Below, piece by piece: positions 16,939 through 23,330 of a stretch of 64,000 nucleotides of DNA. The translations under genes were made by a program, and so were the position numbers. Numbering within the stretch: the stretch's first letter is position 1; every line of letters begins with the position of its first letter. Origin of the DNA: Bacteroidales bacterium (GTDB lineage: Bacteria > Bacteroidota > Bacteroidia > Bacteroidales > UBA932); NCBI GenBank assembly GCA_028686425.1, contig JAQUBZ010000001.1, forward strand, positions 50,536-114,535, in the 5' to 3' direction. The notes under the pieces were generated by a model. The model was not told where the DNA came from and ran no database searches. It worked only from the letters and a program-made list of their open reading frames with translations.

Positions 16939-17761
16939 TGGTTAAGTATTGTATGAACTGAAAATCGAAATTGGTCTTTGTGTCGTGAAACACTTCACTT
17001 TCCCAGATTATCCTCCATTTTGAGGAGTCTATCTTTGGAAAATATGTATCTGCGTCATCTATTATAGTCTTGACGGAGGTTATGTAGAGACGATACGCTC
17101 CGGGCATGGTCTGCCGGTAAATTTCACCGCCGCCGATGACAAAGATTTCGTCACGGGAAGCCATTTTCAGGGCCTCTTCAATAGAAGGAGCAACCATTGT
17201 GACCGTAGCAGCTGCTCCGGCAGCAGCGCCGACAGCAGCCCCACCCCCAACACTTCCCCCGACACAAACAGCAACATCCCCGGCAGCAGCGCCGACAGCA
17301 TCCACGGACCCCCGGACAACACTCCCGGCAACAACCCCGACAGCAGCCCCACCCCCGACACTTCCACCGACACAAACAGCAACATCCCCGGCAGCAGCGC
17401 CAACAGCAGCCACGGACCCCCGGACAACACTCCCGGCAACATCCTCGACAGCAGCCCCGACAGCAGCCCCGCCCCCGACACTTCCCCCGACACTTCCACT
17501 GGCCACGACATCACTCCCAACTGCAGCAAAGGCAGCCTTCTCCACGGTCAGGCTGCGGCTGACAATAATATTTTCACGAAGTGGTAAAGGCTTGCAACCC
17601 AACGACTCCCATGTGTGCCGCCCCATAATGACAGTTCCATTTTTAGTAAGCTTCTTAAAATATTTCAGGTCCGCAGAAATATGCCAAGGCATCCGGTTCC
17701 CACGACCGATCGCCATATTTTCAGAAGTGGCAACTATCAATGAATATCTCTTGCTTGTCAT
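16928..17761 (-). CDS. folA: dihydrofolate reductase with a ~115-aa Gly/Ala/Val-rich repeat insertion
   Basis: DHFR motifs ([47 protein letters not shown]). The ATG at 17759-17761 overlaps the thyA stop (ATGA), suggesting translational coupling. Confidence 0.85.
   Translation of the reverse strand: MTSKRYSLIVATSENMAIGRGNRMPWHISADLKYFKKLTKNGTVIMGRHTWESLGCKPLPLRENIIVSRSLTVEKAAFAAVGSDVVASGSVGGSVGGGAAVGAAVEDVAGSVVRGSVAAVGAAAGDVAVCVGGSVGGGAAVGVVAGSVVRGSVDAVGAAAGDVAVCVGGSVGGGAAVGAAAGAAATVTMVAPSIEEALKMASRDEIFVIGGGEIYRQTMPGAYRLYITSVKTIIDDADTYFPKIDSSKWRIIWESEVFHDTKTNFDFQFIQYLTNEN
17233..17500 (+). repeat. 108-bp GC-rich tandem repeat (about 2.5 units) inside folA
   Basis: CAGCAGCCCC(A/G)CCCCC... recurs at 17233, 17341 and 17449. 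The period is 108 bp (36 codons). It is C-rich on the + strand and has no stops in several frames. Confidence 0.9.
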
Positions 17762-18552
17762 ACGGCAATGGGGGCCTTTATTCCCGGCCACGGGTTATAA
17801 TTTGTTAGCGTAAAATCCTCATATTCAAATGAATATATGTCTTTTTTATCCAGATTGATCGTCATTTGCGGAAGAGACCTCACTTCTCTCGAAAGTTGTG
17901 TTTCCACCTGCTGAAAATGGTTCAGATAGATGTGTGCATCTCCCAGAGTATGAACGAAATCGCCCAACTCATATCCACACACCTGTGCAATCATTTGTGT
18001 AAGAAGAGCATACGAGGCAATATTGAACGGCACTCCTAAAAATACATCGGCACTTCTCTGATAGAGCTGGCAGGAGAGGCGTCCGTCCGCAACATAAAAC
18101 TGAAACAGGCAGTGGCACGGAGGAAGGGCCATGGAATCGATTTCTGCCACATTCCAAGCGGAAATGATGTGTCTGCGCGAATCGGGATTGCGTTTGAGTT
18201 GATCAATAAGATTGGTCAGCTGATCTATTGTACCTCCGTCCGGCGCAGGCCAGCTTCTCCATTGATGTCCATAGACCGGACCAAGCTCTCCTCCGGCATC
18301 AGCCCACTCGTCCCAGATGGTCACTCCGTGATCATTGAGATATTTAATATTGGTACTCCCGGAAATAAACCACAGCAATTCGTAAATAATTGACTTCAAA
18401 TGGACTTTCTTGGTGGTCAGAAGCGGAAACCCTTCGTTGAGATTAAAACGCATCTGATAGCCGAAAATGCTCTTTGTTCCGACTCCCGTGCGGTCACTCT
18501 TGACCACACCATTATCCATTATATGTTGAAGAAGATCTAAATATTGTTTCAT
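17758..18552 (-). CDS. thyA: thymidylate synthase
   Basis: 264 aa. [15 protein letters not shown], the active site ALPPCH, and a canonical ThyA length. Confidence 0.97.
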   Translation of the reverse strand: MKQYLDLLQHIMDNGVVKSDRTGVGTKSIFGYQMRFNLNEGFPLLTTKKVHLKSIIYELLWFISGSTNIKYLNDHGVTIWDEWADAGGELGPVYGHQWRSWPAPDGGTIDQLTNLIDQLKRNPDSRRHIISAWNVAEIDSMALPPCHCLFQFYVADGRLSCQLYQRSADVFLGVPFNIASYALLTQMIAQVCGYELGDFVHTLGDAHIYLNHFQQVETQLSREVRSLPQMTINLDKKDIYSFEYEDFTLTNYNPWPGIKAPIAV

Positions 18553-18569
18553 GATAAAAGTTTGGTAGG

Positions 18570-18577
18570 CAAATATA
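18570..18577 (-). promoter_or_regulatory. -7 box (TATATTTG) upstream of thyA-folA
   Basis: TAnnTTTG match on the minus strand, 18 nt upstream of the thyA ATG. Confidence 0.4.
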
Positions 18578-18679
18578 CACTTTTTTCATTAACGAGGCAC
18601 CCTGCAGGACAACTTTTGGATAAATACACCCGGTATGAAGATGCTTTATCATGATGCAGCGTGAGTTTCGGGGAGGATA

Positions 18680-18760
18680 CCTCCGGCGTGTGTCTGCGCG
18701 GGATTGTATTTTTGCTGCTGTCCACCCCGTGGCTTTCGGAGGCTTGATTGCCACGGGGTG
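18680..18760 (+). repeat. single REP-like unit (spacer plus a perfect 11-bp-stem hairpin)
   Basis: CCTCCGGCGTGTGTCTGCGCGGGATTGTATTTTTGCTGCTG followed by CACCCCGTGGC-N16-GCCACGGGGTG, between thyA and the ATPase gene. Confidence 0.85.
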
Positions 18761-18886
18761 TAATCGATGGCTTCTGCGATGATGGCCACGGCGTGGAATC
18801 GTGGGCTTCGGACCGCAAATTGTCATGAAATGCAATTGACGGCAATATTATTTTTGCCAAACTGTTGCAAGAGTTTATAATATTCG

Positions 18887-18894
18887 TATATTTG
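18887..18894 (+). promoter_or_regulatory. -7 box (TATATTTG) upstream of the AAA+/DUF4143 gene
   Basis: TAnnTTTG match 22 nt upstream of the ATG at 18916. Confidence 0.4.
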
Positions 18895-18915
18895 CAAGTA
18901 AGACTTTGGATTATC

Positions 18916-20076
18916 ATGATAAATAAAAGTATTATGGAGTACGAAAGAATTATGAAACTTGCTGACGCTCAGAGCGAAAGCCTATTTTTATGGGGTGCTC
19001 GTCAAGTCGGCAAGAGTACATTGGTCAAAAAACTCTTTCCTGAAGCAAAGATTTATGACCTTCTGATGAGTGATGAATATGGTCGGCTAATACGACGTCC
19101 ACAACTCTTACGTGAGGAACTTGAGCATCTTGATGAAAACACATTGGTCATTATTGATGAAATTCAAAAAATCCCTCAACTTTTGGATGAAGTTCATTGG
19201 CTGATGGTCAATCGGGGCATCCGATTTATTCTTTGTGGTTCAAGTGCAAGAAAATTAAAACGTATAGGAACAAATCTTTTAGGTGGGCGAGCTTTGCCAC
19301 AAACATTATTTCCTTTGGTAAGTGCTGAGATTCCGGATTTTGATTTGATACGGGGTATCAACAACGGAATGATCCCGCGGCATTACACTATCGATAACCC
19401 CAAGAAACGATTGCAGGCATACATCGGAGTCTATCTTAAAGAGGAGATTCAAGAAGAGGCGCACGTGCGGCAATTAGCCTCTTTTAATAGATTTATGGAT
19501 ATTGCAGCGCAATCTGATGGAGAGATTGTCAACTACTCCGATATCGCACAAGATTGCGGTGTAAGTGCAAGTACTGTAAAGGAGTATTTCAATATTCTGA
19601 ATGAGACTCTTATCGGCTATATGATACCTGCATTTACACTTTCGAAGAAACGGAGAGCAATTCTGGCTCCGAAATTTTACTATTTTGATGTCGGAATTGT
19701 GAATCACCTGCTTAACAGAACAAATCTGATGCCCGGATCTGCAGATTTCGGACATGCATTCGAGCATTTTATGATACAGGAGATTATAGCATATTTAGGA
19801 TATAGCGAGTCAGATGAGAAACTATCATATTGGCGCACTGCCGGAGGTTACGAGGTTGACGCCATTATTGGCAACGGACGCATAGCTATTGAATTCAAAA
19901 GTTCAGAGGAAATTCAATCCAAACATACAAAAGGTTTGAAAGCTTTTTGTGAAGATTTTCCGGATGCAAGAGCAATAATCGTTTCTCTCGACCGAAATCG
20001 CAGAACACTTAATGGTATCGACATATTTCCAGCTATGGAATTTCTGAAAATGTTGTGGGAAGGCACAATCATTTAG
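18916..20076 (+). CDS. AAA+ ATPase (AAA_14/DUF4143 type) with a C-terminal PD-(D/E)XK-like motif
   Basis: Walker A GARQVGKST, Walker B VIIDEIQ, and a C-terminal YEVDAII...IAIEFKS restriction-endonuclease-like motif. I use the first ATG (18916); the ORF-track start is TTG. Confidence 0.8.
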   Translation: MINKSIMEYERIMKLADAQSESLFLWGARQVGKSTLVKKLFPEAKIYDLLMSDEYGRLIRRPQLLREELEHLDENTLVIIDEIQKIPQLLDEVHWLMVNRGIRFILCGSSARKLKRIGTNLLGGRALPQTLFPLVSAEIPDFDLIRGINNGMIPRHYTIDNPKKRLQAYIGVYLKEEIQEEAHVRQLASFNRFMDIAAQSDGEIVNYSDIAQDCGVSASTVKEYFNILNETLIGYMIPAFTLSKKRRAILAPKFYYFDVGIVNHLLNRTNLMPGSADFGHAFEHFMIQEIIAYLGYSESDEKLSYWRTAGGYEVDAIIGNGRIAIEFKSSEEIQSKHTKGLKAFCEDFPDARAIIVSLDRNRRTLNGIDIFPAMEFLKMLWEGTII

Positions 20077-20173
20077 AATAATGATTGATAAATTCTTTGG
20101 GAAAGTTATTTGCCCCGATGCGAAAATTATGGATAATTGATTATCAACAGATTAAGCGTTCAGTGGTACAAAA

Positions 20174-20728
20174 TTATTCGGCATAGATGATGCTTGCCAT
20201 CTTTTGTGTTACCTCAGCTGGAATCAGGTTATTCTTGATGGCATCTGTATGAATGTGATAATTGATTTTTGATAGTTCACGTTTCGCAGTCCATCCAATC
20301 AGTTTCTGCTCTTCAGACTTAAGTCGTTGGAATTCTCTTATTAAATACACTTTGAATTCCGGACTAATCCACATAGCAAATTCAAATGCAATGTCTCGGT
20401 GCGCAAACGTACCGCCATATCTGCCCGTTTTTGCGATGATACCAATTGCGTTAGTCTTTTCCATCCATTCTTTGGCACTTAATCAATAACTATTCAATCC
20501 GGCTTGACTTTTAATTATGTCGAATTCGACACAATTAAACTCCGGGTTATTTAATTTTTCCCAAATGCCCAAAAATTCAATGGTGTTCCTATTTCTAAGC
20601 CAATTAGAAAAGAAAAAGTCTCCATCTTTTGCTTTCATCATATCAGTCAAACTGATGTAGTCAGAATCATTGATGTTCGTTATGGTGACAGGAGTGTCTT
20701 TAACTATGATTGTTTTATTCTTTACCAT
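20174..20728 (-). pseudogene. KilA-N domain protein gene, disrupted (in-frame TGA and 3' truncation)
   Basis: The two ORFs 20483-20728 and 20174-20464 share one frame and are separated only by the TGA at 20483-20485 (...AGLNSY*LSAKEWMEKTNAIG...). The product ends abruptly at ...IIYAE. Confidence 0.7.
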
Positions 20729-21001
20729 ATTGGTCAAATTATTTATTTTTGGATGAACTACACAAAGGTACAGATTATTGCTCCATTCCCGAAAGAAAAC
20801 TCCCGGCCTCATTTCTGCGGTCGGGTGGAAAAGGTAAATTCAAATCGGTAGAGGGATCACGCGCGTACGGTTTTATGCCCATCAACACCACAAAAGTCAG
20901 CAACCATTTGTATTGTATATTTGCGATGAGCGGAATTTTCGTATGGATCTATGATTGCGGAGAATAGGGTTATATTCACCGCACGATTTACGTGAAATAT
21001 A

Positions 21002-21032
21002 TTTGAAAATGCGGAGAATAATCGTATATTTG
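21002..21032 (+). promoter_or_regulatory. complete Bacteroidetes-type promoter for Fic (-33 TTTG, 19-nt spacer, -7 TATATTTG)
   Basis: TTTG at 21002-21005 and TATATTTG at 21025-21032, with the ATG at 21053. Confidence 0.55.
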
Positions 21033-21052
21033 CCGCAAATAATGCGGATATT

Positions 21053-22156
21053 ATGAGAAAAATCTATGTGTGGCAGCAGGATAATTGGCCTGTATTCAAT
21101 TGGAATAAGGATGCCGTAAGTGCATCTCTTGGAAAAGTACGGCAGAAGCAGGGACATCTTGTAGGCCGTATCAGCGCCTTAGGATTTGAGGTGCAAAGCA
21201 ATTCCGTGCTTGAAGCCATGACAGAAGAGGTTATCAACTCTTCTTCTATAGAAGGAGTGAACCTCAATCCGACATCCGTCAGATCTTCAATCGCCAGACA
21301 TCTCGGTCTTGAAATTGAAGGCATCAGGGAAAGCGACCACTATACTGATGGTATCGTCCAGATTGCCATTGATGCGGCACGCAATTACAATGGCAATCTC
21401 ACTGAAAGCAACCTGTTCAATTGGCACTCCGCACTGTTCCCAAGCGGAAGGAGCGGAGTGTCCCCGATAACTGTAGCAGCATACCGTATTGGAGAAGAAC
21501 CAATGCAGGTAATCTCCGGCACATTCGGCAAAGAGAAGATCCATTATGAGGCTCCGGCTTCTTCAGATGTGCCAGCCATGATGAACGAACTGCTGACGTG
21601 GGTCAATTCTAACACCGACATTGATGCTGTTCTCAAAGCGGCCATCACTCACCTATGGTTTGTCACCATTCATCCATTCGATGATGGCAACGGACGTATT
21701 ACCAGAACCATTACCGATATGCTTCTTGCCAGAGCCGATGGGATGCCGCACAGATATTATAGCATGTCTGCTTCTATCAACAATATGAAGACAGAGTACT
21801 ACGATGTTCTTGAGAAGACTCAAAAAGGCAATCTTGACATAACTGAATGGCTTCTGTGGTTCTTGAAATGCCTTGAAGCGGCTGTTGACTCTACAGAAAA
21901 GGTAATTGACAAGGTTATAGAGAAAGCTGCATTCTGGGAGAAGTGTCGCCGCATTCCAATGAACGAACGCCAGACAAAGATGGTCAATATGTTGTGGAAT
22001 GGCTTCGATGGCAAACTCAAATCATCTAAATGGGCTAAAATCTGCAAATGCTCCGAAGACACGGCTTTGCGAGATATTTCATTTTTGGTTGATGAAGGTG
22101 CCCTCCGTAAATCCGATGAGGGGGGACGAAGTACCAACTACGAACTGAACATTTAA
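21053..22156 (+). CDS. Fic family protein (probable AMPylator, autoinhibited class)
   Basis: 367 aa. Fic motif HPFDDGNGRITR, an upstream (S/T)xxxE(G/N) inhibitory motif (SSSIEG) in the same polypeptide, and a wHTH-like C-terminus. Confidence 0.9.
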   Translation: MRKIYVWQQDNWPVFNWNKDAVSASLGKVRQKQGHLVGRISALGFEVQSNSVLEAMTEEVINSSSIEGVNLNPTSVRSSIARHLGLEIEGIRESDHYTDGIVQIAIDAARNYNGNLTESNLFNWHSALFPSGRSGVSPITVAAYRIGEEPMQVISGTFGKEKIHYEAPASSDVPAMMNELLTWVNSNTDIDAVLKAAITHLWFVTIHPFDDGNGRITRTITDMLLARADGMPHRYYSMSASINNMKTEYYDVLEKTQKGNLDITEWLLWFLKCLEAAVDSTEKVIDKVIEKAAFWEKCRRIPMNERQTKMVNMLWNGFDGKLKSSKWAKICKCSEDTALRDISFLVDEGALRKSDEGGRSTNYELNI

Positions 22157-22212
22157 CTGTTTTCTGCATCATTACAAGGCTGATAAAGCCGTAATGAAAT
22201 ATACACTAAAAA

Positions 22213-22239
22213 AAAGCGGCTCCGTGATGGAGCCGCTTT
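22213..22239. terminator. bidirectional hairpin terminator between Fic (+) and the beta-barrel gene (-)
   Basis: AAAGCGGCTCC-GTGAT-GGAGCCGCTTT, an 11-bp GC-rich stem flanked by an A-run and a T-run. Confidence 0.75.
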
Positions 22240-22267
22240 AGTTATGAGTATTTGCAATAATCTCAGG

Positions 22268-23293
22268 TTAGAAGCGGATTCCCAATTTCAATTGTGGGAA
22301 TGTAAATGCTCTAAGGTTGTGATTCATTGCATAGTAAGCGTCTTGTCCCTGTACTTGTAAGTGCATTAGAGAGTATTGGTAGCAAACCGGTGCAACTTCA
22401 AATCCGAGGATTAAACCTTCAGAAATAGAGTAGCCGACACCTGCAGTAATACCTGCTCCAAATCCCAATACCTGACCTGCTCTGCCTGATGCTCTGTACA
22501 TAGCGATGTCGTCATATCCGACTCCGCTTGATGAAGAAGCATCTCCTGATCCCGCAGGTGGATTTTGTGTTGTTCCACCAAAATTGGTATCATCAGTTAC
22601 AGTTTGTCCTGTATAAGGATAATATGCTTCGATACGGGCCATCTTGAATTGTCCGAATATACCCAGATAAGGGCTTATTCTCGGGTTCTTAACATTGAAA
22701 TAGTAGTTAGAACCAATCTGAGTCATCAAACTGTGAGTAACAGCTCCAAGGATAGCTTTCTGTGCGTAGATATCACCTACACCTACAGTCGGCGTTACAT
22801 AAGAAGGGTCGAGGTGACGTTGGTTGAGATAACCAAGACCTGTGCTTACACCTTCAATGAAATCCTTGTGAGGTTGCATGTTGACATTGTAAGCAGCCAT
22901 TAAGTTGATATCGAATCTGTTGGAAACGAAGTATCTTCCCTGAAGGCCTGCAATGTTAACAAGGCTGTTAGCGTTCAATGACCCCGTATTCAAAACGTAT
23001 GTTGACAAATCGGCAGAGATATAGTCGTTACCCAATCCAAGAATCTCACTTTCACCTGAATATGCGGTAATTGCACTGGAAAGACCTATACCCGTACTTG
23101 TTCCGTCAGCATTTGGCAATAGATAGTACAGACCGGTGATATCGTTGAAGAATTGTCCCTGACCCAATACAAGGTCTATCTGCCATTGTCCCTTTTTCGG
23201 AGCAAACATACACTCACAACTCTCTTTCGGTTGTGCCATTGCAGGCACAACCATAAAGATAGTTAATAGTAATATGCTTAATTTTTTTAACAT
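22268..23293 (-). CDS. putative outer-membrane beta-barrel protein, function unknown
   Basis: Signal peptide MLKKLSILLLTIFMVVPAMAQP, alternating Gly/aromatic-rich strands, and a C-terminal ...LKLGIRF (terminal Phe). Lies 37 nt downstream of the 955-aa lipoprotein gene. Confidence 0.5.
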   Translation of the reverse strand: MLKKLSILLLTIFMVVPAMAQPKESCECMFAPKKGQWQIDLVLGQGQFFNDITGLYYLLPNADGTSTGIGLSSAITAYSGESEILGLGNDYISADLSTYVLNTGSLNANSLVNIAGLQGRYFVSNRFDINLMAAYNVNMQPHKDFIEGVSTGLGYLNQRHLDPSYVTPTVGVGDIYAQKAILGAVTHSLMTQIGSNYYFNVKNPRISPYLGIFGQFKMARIEAYYPYTGQTVTDDTNFGGTTQNPPAGSGDASSSSGVGYDDIAMYRASGRAGQVLGFGAGITAGVGYSISEGLILGFEVAPVCYQYSLMHLQVQGQDAYYAMNHNLRAFTFPQLKLGIRF

Positions 23294-23330
23294 TTTTGTT
23301 GTCAATTTTAAATTAATCACTTGTTAGAGA

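Noticed and set aside
17136-17813. 225-aa Pro/Ala/Thr-rich ORF on the + strand, plus two alternative-frame minus-strand ORFs (17167-17529, 17178-17375, the latter Cys/Arg-rich)
   Set aside because: All three lie within the stop-free, GC-rich 108-bp tandem repeat inside folA. Only the folA frame connects to recognisable DHFR motifs on both sides, so these are compositional artefacts.
20483-20485. In-frame TGA in the KilA-N gene as selenocysteine or programmed read-through
   Set aside because: No SECIS-like hairpin follows the codon. The gene is also 3'-truncated and sits in a decaying islet, so a nonsense mutation is the simpler explanation.
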